Shown here: piece by piece, positions 9,646 to 21,326 of the stretch | How positions within the stretch are numbered: the first letter of the stretch is position 1 | How the letters are laid out: every line of letters starts with the position of its first letter | Assembly (NCBI GenBank): GCA_963820065.1 | Contig: CAWFYM010000001.1 | Span: 168,767 to 232,766, forward strand | Reading direction: 5' to 3' | DNA: 64,000 bases | From: an uncultured Actinomycetota bacterium | Lineage (GTDB): Bacteria > Actinomycetota > Actinomycetes > DATJPE01 | Position numbers and translations under genes: made by a program | Notes under the pieces: generated by a model | Seen by the model: the letters and a program-made list of their open reading frames with translations, nothing else | The model's database searches: none | Told to the model about the DNA's origin: nothing

Positions 9646-10212
9646 GTGGCCAGGATCCCACCTCGTGGGACTCCGGCCGTGGTTGAAGAAAGATCTTGAA
9701 CTTTCTGCGAACAACCTCTTGCGCGCCAGCACGCTTACCTGTTGAATCTCCCCACGTCACCGGAAGCGGTGGTCGGAGCCGGGGAAACCTTAGGCGCCGC
9801 AAGGGAATTCCGGCTTGCTGGAGTTCTTGCGCGGAGGGCACCATGCGCACGAAGGATCAGGGGAGACCCTGACCCGTCGGAGGCGGTGCGCCGCCGGTCA
9901 CAGTGGACGGAGACCGGTCGAGGGAGCCACTGGAGTCCTGGCAACGGGACGATCGAGGTGAAGCCGACCAGGGCAAGGCCCCGCGAACTCATACTTCGCG
10001 GGGCCTTGTTCCATGATGGGGGCGGCATCCCGGCGGACCGGGGAGCGACACGCGGGCCAGCCGACAGGGGCGCGGCGCTGGAGACCCGTCGAGTCAGGAC
10101 TTCTGAGCGCCGCGGCGGAGGCTTGGTACGAACGGCTGCCGGGCCTGGTCCGGCCGGGCGTGGCAGACTCGCGTGCAGCGGGGGACCCCCGCGGCCGATC
10201 GGAAGGGTGTTT

Positions 10213-12528
<2,316 letters not shown>

Positions 12529-12830
12529 CCGCCCCACCACCCCCTCCGCCCCCCACACGTGATCATGCGCAAATGGCCCCTGCCGTCCGGTCGGCCGCGC
12601 CCCGCCCGCCCGTCCACCCACCCCCCTTCGTGATCATGCGCAGATGGCCCCTCCGAGATCGCTCGGTCAGGGGCCATCTGCGCATGATCACGAAGGGGGA
12701 CGGTGGTCGTGGGGGAGGTTGAGCGTGGGCAGAGGGGCCATCTGCGCATGATCACGAGGGATGGTGGGTCGGGGTGATGGGGATGGGGATGGGGATGGGG
12801 CGCCCGGGGTCACGCGGGGTCACGCGGGGG
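12529..12830. repeat. Composite palindromic repeat element, copy A: C-rich arm, 2 direct core copies, loop, 2 inverted core copies, G-rich/G4 arm
   Basis: Core GTGATCATGCGCA(A/G)ATGGCCCCT at 12558-12580 and 12628-12650; its reverse complement at 12668-12690 and 12732-12754. The inner pair forms a roughly 31-bp perfect hairpin around loop ccgagatcgctcggtc. GGGGATGGGGATGGGGATGGGG lies at about 12775-12796. Confidence 0.85.
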
Positions 12831-12831
12831 A

Positions 12832-13455
12832 TTAGTGGCCGCGGGCCAGCCAGGCGTCCAGGTGTGGGGCCTCGGCGCCGATCGTGGTGGGGTCGCCGTG
12901 GCCGGTGTCCACCACCGTCTCCGGCGGCAGCACGAGCAGCCGGTCACGGATCGAGTCGATGATCGTGGGGAAGTCTGAGTACGAACGCCCGGTGGCGCCT
13001 GGGCCTCCGTTGAACAGGGTGTCCCCGCTGAACAGGGCGCCGTGCTCGGCGTCGTAGAGGCAGACCGCGCCCGGAGCGTGCCCCGGCGTGTGGAGCACGG
13101 TCAGCGTGTGCTCACCAACGGCGAACGTCTGCCCGTCAGCAAGCTGTTCGTCGGGGGAGCGGTCCGGGTAGACGGTGTCCCAGAGCATCCGGTCGTCGGC
13201 GTGCAGCCAGATCGGCGCCTCGACGAGCGCCTGCAGGTCAGCGGCTGCCCCGATGTGGTCGTCGTGACCGTGGGTCAGAACGATCGCGGTCACCCGACGG
13301 CCGGCCACGGCCGCGGCGATGGCTGCCGCGTCATGAGCGGCATCGACCACGAGCACCTCGTCGGCATTACCCACGAGCCAGACGTTGTTGTCGACGTCCC
13401 AGGTGCCGCCGTCGAGGCTGAAGGTCCCGGACGTGATGACCCGCTCAACAGCCAT
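12832..13455 (-). CDS. MBL-fold metallo-hydrolase (candidate S-formylmycothiol hydrolase)
   Basis: [10 protein letters not shown]...IVLTHGHDDHIGAA...HTPGHAPGAV is a metallo-beta-lactamase fold with the HxHxDH motif. ATG at 13455 overlaps the stop of the upstream dehydrogenase (ATGA). The longer track ORF to 14262 is out-of-frame junk. Confidence 0.8.
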   Translation of the reverse strand: MAVERVITSGTFSLDGGTWDVDNNVWLVGNADEVLVVDAAHDAAAIAAAVAGRRVTAIVLTHGHDDHIGAAADLQALVEAPIWLHADDRMLWDTVYPDRSPDEQLADGQTFAVGEHTLTVLHTPGHAPGAVCLYDAEHGALFSGDTLFNGGPGATGRSYSDFPTIIDSIRDRLLVLPPETVVDTGHGDPTTIGAEAPHLDAWLARGH

Positions 13456-14537
13456 CAGAAGACGACGACCGAGCGAAGGACCTCGCCGCGCTCCATCTTG
13501 TGGAAGGCGTCCTCGACCTCGTCCAGCGCGATCGTCTCCGACACGAACTTGTCGAGGGGAAGGCGTCCCTGCTGATGCAGATCGACGAGCATCGGGAAGT
13601 CGCGGGAGGGCAGACAGTCGCCGTACCACGACGACTTGATCGACCCGCCGCGCCCGAAGATCTCGATGAGCGGCGTGGACCAGACCATGTCGGGGGTGGG
13701 TACGCCGACGAGCACCGTGGTCCCCGCGAGGTCGCGAGCATCCCAGGCCTGCTGGAAGACCTCGGGGCGTCCGACCGCATCGATGGTCACGTCGGCGCCG
13801 TGCTCGGTGATCTCCCGGATGGCAGCGACCGGGTCGGTCGTCCGCGAGTTCACCGTGTGGGTCGCCCCGAAATCCTTGGCCCACTCCAGCTTCCGGTCGT
13901 CGATGTCGACCGCGATGATCGAGCGCGCCCCGGCCAGTCTCGCCCCAGCGATCGCCGCGTTTCCGACGCCTCCGCAGCCGAAGACGGCCACGCTGTCCCC
14001 TCGTCCGACTCCGCCGGTGTTGATCGCGGCTCCGAGCCCAGCCATCACTCCGCACCCGAGCAACCCGACGACCTCCGGCTTGGCCGAGGGGTCGACCTTG
14101 GTGCACTGGCCGGCCGCCACCAGCGTCTTCTCGGCGAAGGCGCCGATGCCGAGCGCGGGCGACAGCTCGGTGCCGTCGAGCAGGGTCATCTTCTGGGTGG
14201 CGTTGTGGGTGTTGAAGCAATACCAGGGGCGCCCACGCAGGCAGGCCCGGCACGAGCCGCACACGGCACGCCAGTTGAGAATCACGAAGTCACCGGGGGC
14301 GACGTCAGTCACGCCGTCACCCACGGCCTCGACGACTCCAGCCGCCTCGTGGCCGAGCAGGAACGGGAACTCGTCGTTGATGCCGCCCTCGCGGTAGTGG
14401 AGGTCGGTGTGGCAGACCCCGCAGGCCTGCACGGCCACGAGGGCCTCGCCTGGCCCAGGGTCGGGGACGATGATCGTCTCGAGGGAGACCGGCTCTTTGA
14501 CCGTACGGCTGACGATCCCCTTGACCTCGTGCGGCAT
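13455..14537 (-). CDS. S-(hydroxymethyl)mycothiol dehydrogenase (class III zinc ADH family)
   Basis: [52 protein letters not shown]...; zinc-ADH motifs [16 protein letters not shown]; strong similarity to the actinobacterial mycothiol-dependent formaldehyde dehydrogenase. Confidence 0.85.
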   Translation of the reverse strand: MPHEVKGIVSRTVKEPVSLETIIVPDPGPGEALVAVQACGVCHTDLHYREGGINDEFPFLLGHEAAGVVEAVGDGVTDVAPGDFVILNWRAVCGSCRACLRGRPWYCFNTHNATQKMTLLDGTELSPALGIGAFAEKTLVAAGQCTKVDPSAKPEVVGLLGCGVMAGLGAAINTGGVGRGDSVAVFGCGGVGNAAIAGARLAGARSIIAVDIDDRKLEWAKDFGATHTVNSRTTDPVAAIREITEHGADVTIDAVGRPEVFQQAWDARDLAGTTVLVGVPTPDMVWSTPLIEIFGRGGSIKSSWYGDCLPSRDFPMLVDLHQQGRLPLDKFVSETIALDEVEDAFHKMERGEVLRSVVVF

Positions 14538-14670
14538 GGCGGTGGCTCCTCGACGTGACGGGGACCGGGACGGTCCGGTCGTGACGGTGTGGTCTTTGTG
14601 CTCGCTGGTGTCGCGGTGGTGCTTGCGTGCCTGGTGGCGCCTGACTGTCCGGTCAGCCTAGGGCCCGGCG

Positions 14671-15312
14671 TCAGTCGATGCGGACGACGCCGTGCGCGGT
14701 CTGGAAGGCGACGGCCAGCAGGCCGGCTTCGTCGCTCGCGGCCTGCCACGTGATCGCGCCGCCATCGATGGGGGAGTCGATCGGTCCGCCGAGCCAGGCC
14801 CGAACCTTGTCGATGTCCCCGGCGAGCTCGCAGGAGGCGATCCCGACCGTGGCCGGCGCGACCCGGGACGGGTGGTCCTCGGCCGAGGACGTCCACTGGG
14901 TGAAGTACGGAAGCGCCGGGTCGTCGATCAGGTCATTGACGCCGATCTGGCGCCAGGTCAGCAGGTGTCCGTCGGGACGGATCCGGTGCGCTTCGACCGA
15001 GCGTCGTCCAAGTCGGGCTTCGATCGGTGCGAGGTCATCGACCGAGACCACCCAGCCGAGCCAGCCGCCGCCGAGCTCGGCACGGCGCCGCACGGCCTGG
15101 CCGAACGGGGCGTTCTCGGCTGCCGGATGGTCGAGGGCGGCCACCACCTCGATGTAGACGCCGTCGGTCAGCGGGAGCACAAAGTTGCTCGTGCCGAACT
15201 GCGGGTGCCGCCCACCGTCGAGGAACGCGCAACCCAGGGTGGCCCCGAGTCGTTGGACGGTGTCGGCGAGCTCCCCGGCGGATACCGCGTAGGACACGTG
15301 GTCGAGACGCAT
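14671..15312 (-). CDS. VOC family (glyoxalase/bleomycin-resistance fold) protein
   Basis: Internal [13 protein letters not shown]...; glyoxalase-like domain. Confidence 0.6.
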   Translation of the reverse strand: MRLDHVSYAVSAGELADTVQRLGATLGCAFLDGGRHPQFGTSNFVLPLTDGVYIEVVAALDHPAAENAPFGQAVRRRAELGGGWLGWVVSVDDLAPIEARLGRRSVEAHRIRPDGHLLTWRQIGVNDLIDDPALPYFTQWTSSAEDHPSRVAPATVGIASCELAGDIDKVRAWLGGPIDSPIDGGAITWQAASDEAGLLAVAFQTAHGVVRID

Positions 15313-15416
15313 GCGGGCATCCTCCCCCACGGCCGATGCCAGCCCGACTCGGGGTCCCCTGCCCACAGGTCGGACACGCGGCCGGGTCTGCCAGAGAGGT
15401 CTGTCAGGATCGTCGA

Positions 15417-18260
15417 GTGAACGAGGTGACGAGACCCGAGTCGGCGCCGACGTCGGCCGCCGGGCCGCTCGACGGGCGACCTGAAGGCTTCAGGTCGGAC
15501 GAGAGCGACGCGCTGCGCGCCGAGATCCGGCGCCTGGGGGACCATCTCGGATCGGCGTTGGTGCGGCAGGAAGGCCCCGAGCTCCTCGAGCTCGTTGAGG
15601 AGATCCGTGGACTCGTGCGCACCGACCCCGCGGTCGTCGCGAGTCGGCTGGAGAGCATCGATCTGCCGACGGCGATTCGGCTGGCTCGGGCGTTCTCGTC
15701 CTACTTCCACCTCGCCAACATCGCCGAGCAGGTCCACCGGGCTCGCGGGATCCGCGACCGACGGTTGGCCGGCGGGGGCCGGTTGGCCGAGGTGGGCCGA
15801 CGCATCGTGGCCGAGGTCGAGGCCGGTTCTCTCGATCGCGACGCGGTCGAAGGGGTCGTCGGTCGGCTGAGTGTCCGCCCGGTGTTCACCGCGCACCCCA
15901 CAGAAGCGGCCCGGCGCTCCGTGCTCGTCAAGCTGCGCCACATCGGCGACCTGCTCGACGCTCCCGCCGACAAGGCCGTCAGGGCTGACCGTTCGATCGC
16001 CGAGCTGATCGACCTGCTCTGGCAGACCGACGAACTCCGGCTGGACAAGCCCCAGGTCGTCGACGAGGCGCGCAACGCCCTCTACTACCTCGACGACCTC
16101 GTCGGCGACCCACTCACGGCGGTGCTGGACGACCTCGACGACGCGCTGGCGCCGATCGAGGCGCGACCGGCCGCCGCGGCCAAGCCGCTCGCGTTCGGCT
16201 CGTGGATCGGCGGGGATCGCGATGGCAACCCCTTTGTCACGGCCGAGGTGACGACCCGGGTGCTTGCGCTGCAGCACGAGCACGCCGTGCGCGCGCTGCT
16301 GCCGGTGCTCGACCAGCTGTTGCAGGATCTCAGCACCAGCGAGCGGATCGTCGACGTCTCCGAGGAGCTGCGGACCAGCCTCGCCCGCGATCTCGAGACC
16401 CTCCCGGACCTCGACCCGCGGTTTCGCAGGCTCAATGCCGAGGAGCCCTACCGCCTCAAGGTCACCTGTATCCACGCCAAGCTGACCCGCACCCGGACGC
16501 GGGTCTCGACCGGGCGGCCGCACCAGCCGGGCCACGACTACTCCTGCGCCCGCGAGCTGATCGATGACCTGCTGCTGGTTCGCGACTCGCTGCGGGACCA
16601 CAAGGGCGGCCTCGCCGCTGAGGGGTCGGTGCGGACGGCGATCCGTACGGCGGCTGCGGTCGGCCTGACCATGGCGACCCTCGATGTGCGCGAGCACGCC
16701 AGCGCCTTCCACCACGCGGTCGGGCAGCTCGTCGATCGTCTCGGCGAGCACGGCTGGCGCTACGAGGACCTGCCCTCCGACTACCGCACCCGCCTGCTGG
16801 CGGCCGAGCTCGCCAGCGTGCGTCCGCTGGCACCGACCCCACCTCCTCTCGACGCGACCGGCTTGCGGGCGTGGAGCACGTTCGTCGCCGTGCGAGAGGC
16901 CCAGGACCGCTACGGGCCCGACGTCTGCGAGTCCGCCATCGTGTCCATGACCAAGGGGCCGGACGACGTGCTGGCCGCGGTCGTCCTGGCCCGCGAGGCC
17001 GGTCTCGTCGATCTGACCGCCGGGACGGCCCGGGTTGGTTTCGTGCCCTTGCTGGAGACTGTCGATGAGCTGCGCCGGGCTGACCATGTCCTCGACGCGC
17101 TGCTCTCTGACCCCTCGTACCGGCGGATCGTGTCGCTCCGCGGCGACTTCCAGGAGGTCATGCTCGGCTACTCCGACTCGACGAAGGACGCCGGGATCGC
17201 GACGTCACAGTGGGAGATCCACCTCGCGCAGCGGCGCCTGAGAGAAGTGGCGCTGCGCCACGGCGTACGCCTTCGGCTGTTCCACGGTCGCGGAGGCTCG
17301 GTGGGCCGGGGCGGTGGGCCGACCTACGACGCGATCCTCGCGCAGCCCTGGGGTGTGTTGGACGGAGAGATCAAGGTCACCGAGCAGGGTGAGGTGATCT
17401 CCGACAAGTACCTCCTGCCGGAGCTGGCCCGCGAGAACCTCGAGCTCACGCTGGCCGCCGTGCTCGAGTCTTCGGTCTTGCACCAGGGACCTCGGGTCAG
17501 CGCCGAGGCGCTGCAGCGGTGGGACGCAGTCATGGACACGGTTTCGGCGGCGGCCCAAGCCGCCTACAGGGGCTTCGTGGATGCCCCGGGACTGCCGGCG
17601 TACTTCTCGGCCACCACCCCGGTGGACGTGCTGGGCGACCTGCACCTGGGGTCTCGACCCGCGCGCCGTCCCGATGCGGACGCTGGTCTCGAAGGGCTTC
17701 GCGCGATCCCGTGGGTCTTCGGCTGGACGCAGTCCCGCCAGGTGGTCCCGGGATGGTTCGGCGTCGGCTCGGGGCTGCGGGCGGCGCGCGAAGCCGGGCA
17801 CGGCGACGTCCTGGCCCAAATGCATGGGCAATGGCACTTCTTCGCCAACTTCGTGTCCAACGTCGAGATGACGCTGGCCAAGACCGACCTCGAGGTGGCC
17901 CGGGCTTACGTCGAACGGCTGGCCCCTCCCGGGCTGGCTGAGTTCTTCGAGGTGATCCGCGAGGAGTACGAGCGGACCGTGATCGAGATCCTGGCGCTCA
18001 CGGGGCACGAGCGGCTGCTCGGTGGCCAGCCCGAGCTGGCGCGGACCCTGGCCGTTCGGGACACCTACCTCATGCCGCTGCAGTATCTGCAGGTCTCGCT
18101 GCTCCACCGACTGCGGGCCGCAGCCGCCGCAACCGATGCCACCGATGCTCAGCAGACCGACGGTCCAGGCGAGGACGAGGGCGCTGTTGACCCGCTGCTA
18201 CGGCGTGCTCTGCTGTTGACCGTCAACGGCATCGCCACGGGCCTTCGCAACACCGGCTGA
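15417..18260 (+). CDS. ppc: phosphoenolpyruvate carboxylase
   Basis: About 947 aa from GTG 15417. N-terminal [21 protein letters not shown], motifs [19 protein letters not shown]-terminal ...NTG. The 5' part of track ORF 15027.. is Arg-rich junk. Confidence 0.9.
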   Translation: MNEVTRPESAPTSAAGPLDGRPEGFRSDESDALRAEIRRLGDHLGSALVRQEGPELLELVEEIRGLVRTDPAVVASRLESIDLPTAIRLARAFSSYFHLANIAEQVHRARGIRDRRLAGGGRLAEVGRRIVAEVEAGSLDRDAVEGVVGRLSVRPVFTAHPTEAARRSVLVKLRHIGDLLDAPADKAVRADRSIAELIDLLWQTDELRLDKPQVVDEARNALYYLDDLVGDPLTAVLDDLDDALAPIEARPAAAAKPLAFGSWIGGDRDGNPFVTAEVTTRVLALQHEHAVRALLPVLDQLLQDLSTSERIVDVSEELRTSLARDLETLPDLDPRFRRLNAEEPYRLKVTCIHAKLTRTRTRVSTGRPHQPGHDYSCARELIDDLLLVRDSLRDHKGGLAAEGSVRTAIRTAAAVGLTMATLDVREHASAFHHAVGQLVDRLGEHGWRYEDLPSDYRTRLLAAELASVRPLAPTPPPLDATGLRAWSTFVAVREAQDRYGPDVCESAIVSMTKGPDDVLAAVVLAREAGLVDLTAGTARVGFVPLLETVDELRRADHVLDALLSDPSYRRIVSLRGDFQEVMLGYSDSTKDAGIATSQWEIHLAQRRLREVALRHGVRLRLFHGRGGSVGRGGGPTYDAILAQPWGVLDGEIKVTEQGEVISDKYLLPELARENLELTLAAVLESSVLHQGPRVSAEALQRWDAVMDTVSAAAQAAYRGFVDAPGLPAYFSATTPVDVLGDLHLGSRPARRPDADAGLEGLRAIPWVFGWTQSRQVVPGWFGVGSGLRAAREAGHGDVLAQMHGQWHFFANFVSNVEMTLAKTDLEVARAYVERLAPPGLAEFFEVIREEYERTVIEILALTGHERLLGGQPELARTLAVRDTYLMPLQYLQVSLLHRLRAAAAATDATDAQQTDGPGEDEGAVDPLLRRALLLTVNGIATGLRNTG

Positions 18261-19043
18261 GTCGGTGACTACGGCGGGAGCCTCGTCGACCACGAGCGCA
18301 TCGCCTTCGCCTGCGACACGGCCGCTGGTCGACGGGGGGTCAGGATCGGGATCGAGGCCTGTATCGGGATCGAGGTCGGAAGGGCGGACGGCGTCGAGCC
18401 ACGCCTCGTGCTCTCGACGGGCCCAGTCCTCGCTGACCGACCCCGTCGTGATGCCGCGCATGGCCTCGGTGTCGCGAAGGGCGTACACGAGGTGCCCGGC
18501 CACGAGCAGGAACAGTCCCAGGGCCACCCAGTCGTGAACGAAGGTGGCTCCCGTGCGCGCGCGCAACGGCCACAGCCCGAGCAGGTCGATCATGACGCTG
18601 CCACTGAGCAGCATGACCAGGACGGCGCCGGTGGTCACCGAGGCGTTCAACTTCTGCCCGGCGTTGAACTTGCCGACCCGGATCCGACCACTGCGACGAT
18701 CCTTGGCCCGCAGCCACTCCTTGTCGGCTGCGCTGAAGGCGTCCACCTCACGGGCATCAGCCCGCATGGCGCGGCTGAGCACCAGCGCCACGAGGACCGG
18801 GAGGGGCAGGAGGTATCCCGACCACAGATGGATGCCCCGGACCAGGCTCCGATGACCGACGGCGACACTGATCGGGTCGACGTACAACGCGGCCGCGGTC
18901 GCGAGGCAACCGATCATGAGCACCGCGCTGAGTGCGTGGGCCCAGCGTTGGGCGGCGCTGAACCGAGGGACCCGAACGGCCGTCGCGGTCTCAGATCGTG
19001 GGTGCGTCGTCACGGCCGTTGGACCCTCCGACCCAGGCGTCAA
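18198..19043 (-). CDS. cytochrome b/b6 domain-containing membrane protein
   Basis: [21 protein letters not shown]... has four TM helices with conserved His and is of Ni-hydrogenase cyt b / cyt b561 type. It lies downstream of the Mo-oxidoreductase. The start is uncertain (ATG 19043 overlaps the upstream gene by 53 nt; an alternative GTG lies near 18977). Confidence 0.65.
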   Translation of the reverse strand: MTPGSEGPTAVTTHPRSETATAVRVPRFSAAQRWAHALSAVLMIGCLATAAALYVDPISVAVGHRSLVRGIHLWSGYLLPLPVLVALVLSRAMRADAREVDAFSAADKEWLRAKDRRSGRIRVGKFNAGQKLNASVTTGAVLVMLLSGSVMIDLLGLWPLRARTGATFVHDWVALGLFLLVAGHLVYALRDTEAMRGITTGSVSEDWARREHEAWLDAVRPSDLDPDTGLDPDPDPPSTSGRVAGEGDALVVDEAPAVVTDSAGVAKARGDAVDGQQQSTP

Positions 19044-19818
19044 CGTCGTATCCGCGCTGTTCCCAGTAGCCCGGGATCACGCTGTCGACGAGCTCGATCC
19101 CCCCGAGCCATTTCAGTGACTTGTAGCCGTACATCGGGGCGACGAACAACCTGACCGGGCCGCCGTGAGCCGGCGTGACCGGAGCCCCCAGCATCTCGGT
19201 GGCGACCAGCACGTCGTCGCGCATGGCTTGCTCGAGGGTGAGCGACTCGGTGTAGGCCCCGTCGAAGGAGTAGAGCCGGACGGCCTGCGCGGAGGCCTTG
19301 ATCCCCGCGCGATCCATGACGTCGCGCAACAGCACGCCTCGCCAGGCGACGTCAGCGACCCGCCAGCCGGTGACGCACTGGAAATCCTTGGTCATGGCGA
19401 CCTGAGGCAGGTCGTTGACGAGGTCGGCGAAGCTGAGCTCGACGGGTCGATCGACCAGGCCCCCGACCTCGAGTGTGTAGTCGGACTCCGCGACGGCCGG
19501 GACGGTCCCGGTCACCGAGTAGTAGCGAAACCCGCTGCCGGCAGGAATCAGGCCGCTGATGCCGGTCGGGTCTCGGTTGGCGACGGCTCCGATGACACCG
19601 TCGAGCCCGTTCTGGACCGACGCGCCCACGGCGATGCCGACCGCTCCGAGACCGAGTAACCCCAGGACGACCCGTCGTCCGATCGGCGTGGTGCTGGTCG
19701 CCTCGCCCACGCCGGTCGCGGGGCCTGTCTCGAGGACGGGCCCGGAGGGTGGCGCCGCAGGCGGATCGGTTCTCACTCCACCATGGAACCCCCGCTTGAG
19801 CCTGGGCGCCAGCGGCAC
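18991..19818 (-). CDS. molybdopterin-dependent oxidoreductase (sulfite oxidase/MsrP-like) with Tat signal
   Basis: RRVVLGLLGLGAVGIAVGA is a twin-arginine signal; ...DFQCVTGWRVADVAWRGVLLRDV... and ...YGYKSLKWLGGIEL... are sulfite-oxidase-fold Mo-binding motifs. Confidence 0.75.
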   Translation of the reverse strand: MPLAPRLKRGFHGGVRTDPPAAPPSGPVLETGPATGVGEATSTTPIGRRVVLGLLGLGAVGIAVGASVQNGLDGVIGAVANRDPTGISGLIPAGSGFRYYSVTGTVPAVAESDYTLEVGGLVDRPVELSFADLVNDLPQVAMTKDFQCVTGWRVADVAWRGVLLRDVMDRAGIKASAQAVRLYSFDGAYTESLTLEQAMRDDVLVATEMLGAPVTPAHGGPVRLFVAPMYGYKSLKWLGGIELVDSVIPGYWEQRGYDVDAWVGGSNGRDDAPTI

Positions 19819-19857
19819 GCGGGAGGCGTCACCGGATCGTCAGACCCTGTCGATGTC

Positions 19858-21171
19858 TCACGCGGCGCCGGTGCGTCGTCCGCCGACCCGTGAGCGCGCC
19901 CGCCGCTTCACCGTGTTGCTCGAGGTGCGCGTGCTCGGGGTGCGCGCCGACACCAGGCGGCCCCTTGCGTCGAGCACGGGTTCACCCCGTGCGCGGATGG
20001 TCGCCGTGGCGCTGACCAGCGTCTGACGCACCAGCGTGGGGGACAAGCCCCCGGCGAGACTTTGCGCGGCGTAGCGGGCGAGCCGGTAGCCGGGGTCGTC
20101 GTCCAGAGCCCGGGCGATGGCTTCGCCCGCGAGAGCGCCCTCCCCTCGTGCGTGGGCCAGAACCCCCGCGAGAGTGGCCGGCGCGGCGACGTGCCCCGGA
20201 GGCGCCAGCCGAGTGGCCGAGCACCACAGCCTCAAGCCAGCCTCGCCGGTGGCTCCTTTCCACGGTGCGAGGCACGCGTCGCGGACCACGATGTCGGTGA
20301 CATCGACGAGCAGCTGAGCCCAGATCGCCGCCGAGACCTGCGGTTCGGGGTCACGGTGGGTCGCGATGAGGTCGGCGATGCCGGCCAAGGCGGCTTCGGG
20401 AGGCCGGGACGCGGGCGCGCACCCGGGTGCCAGTGCTGCGGTCACCTCGTCGCGCAGCGCTCCGGTGGCCGCGGCCACCCGTTCGACGATCAGGGACCGG
20501 TCGGGGAGCACCTCGGCTGACTCGCCGACCCACGCGCGCTCGGCCGCGAACGCGTCGGAGTCGGCCGGCTGGATCAGCCGTCCCTCAGGCGGACAGCACG
20601 TGGGGTTGCTGCACAGGTAGGACCACCAGCGCCCGTCTCGTACGGCGAGGGCGTCGGCCACTGAGAGGCCGAGCCCGGTGAGCGCCAATCCAAGGTCATC
20701 GGCGACCCGGCTGACCGGGTCGTCACTGTGATAGTTCGGCGGGGTCGTGACCTGGTCGGACACGATCACGATCTGGGCGGCCACGCACTGGTTGCGCATG
20801 AGGGCCGCCGCCAGCTGGAGCGGATGGCAGGGATGGCTCTGATCGCCCCAAGCGCCACGGATCTCCTCTTCGCTGAGGTCGCCGGTCTCGTCATCGGGCT
20901 CGTCGGTGGCACCGAGCGGACTGGTCACGGCCAGCACGGTCGCGAGATCGACGCGAAGGGTGAGTCCCACCTGGCGTCGACCGTTGGGGGCGGGGACCAG
21001 GCCCACCACGACCAAAGACTCGATCGGCGGAAATCCGATGAGCTGGGGGAGGCAGGCGACCAGGGCTCCCGGCCCGGTCAGCCTCACCCTCGGGCGTGCG
21101 TCGGCACCGGGCACGGAGATGACGCCAGGCGAAGAAGATCCAGAAGAAGATGCTGAGTGGCTCGAGGTCAT
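19858..21171 (-). CDS. DUF4192 domain-containing protein
   Basis: 437-aa ORF with LVACLPQLIGFPPIESLVVVGL near the N-terminus, typical of DUF4192; high GC3. Confidence 0.55.
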   Translation of the reverse strand: MTSSHSASSSGSSSPGVISVPGADARPRVRLTGPGALVACLPQLIGFPPIESLVVVGLVPAPNGRRQVGLTLRVDLATVLAVTSPLGATDEPDDETGDLSEEEIRGAWGDQSHPCHPLQLAAALMRNQCVAAQIVIVSDQVTTPPNYHSDDPVSRVADDLGLALTGLGLSVADALAVRDGRWWSYLCSNPTCCPPEGRLIQPADSDAFAAERAWVGESAEVLPDRSLIVERVAAATGALRDEVTAALAPGCAPASRPPEAALAGIADLIATHRDPEPQVSAAIWAQLLVDVTDIVVRDACLAPWKGATGEAGLRLWCSATRLAPPGHVAAPATLAGVLAHARGEGALAGEAIARALDDDPGYRLARYAAQSLAGGLSPTLVRQTLVSATATIRARGEPVLDARGRLVSARTPSTRTSSNTVKRRARSRVGGRRTGAA

Positions 21172-21326
21172 GGCGCCACGGTGCGCCTGACCGGAGCCGT
21201 ACGGGAGCCGAGGTCGCCAGCCTGTGGACGGCTCAGGGCCTGTGGAGCATGCCGTTGGTCGAGGCCAGCTCGCTACCCCTCGGAGCCGTCAAGGGCGGGG
21301 CGACCTCGAGCGGGAACCTCGGTGGG

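Noticed and set aside
9975-10008. Intrinsic terminator call for the 13-bp perfect hairpin upstream of gltA
   Set aside because: There is no U/T-rich tract after the stem on either strand, and it lies within a 5' leader rather than at a gene end. It is kept only as a candidate regulatory structure.
12529-12830. CRISPR array interpretation of the repeat clusters at 12.5, 49.8 and 60.2 kb
   Set aside because: Repeat copies alternate orientation (direct then inverted), spacing is irregular, there are only 3-4 copies per locus, and there are no cas genes nearby. The structure is a palindrome, not an array.
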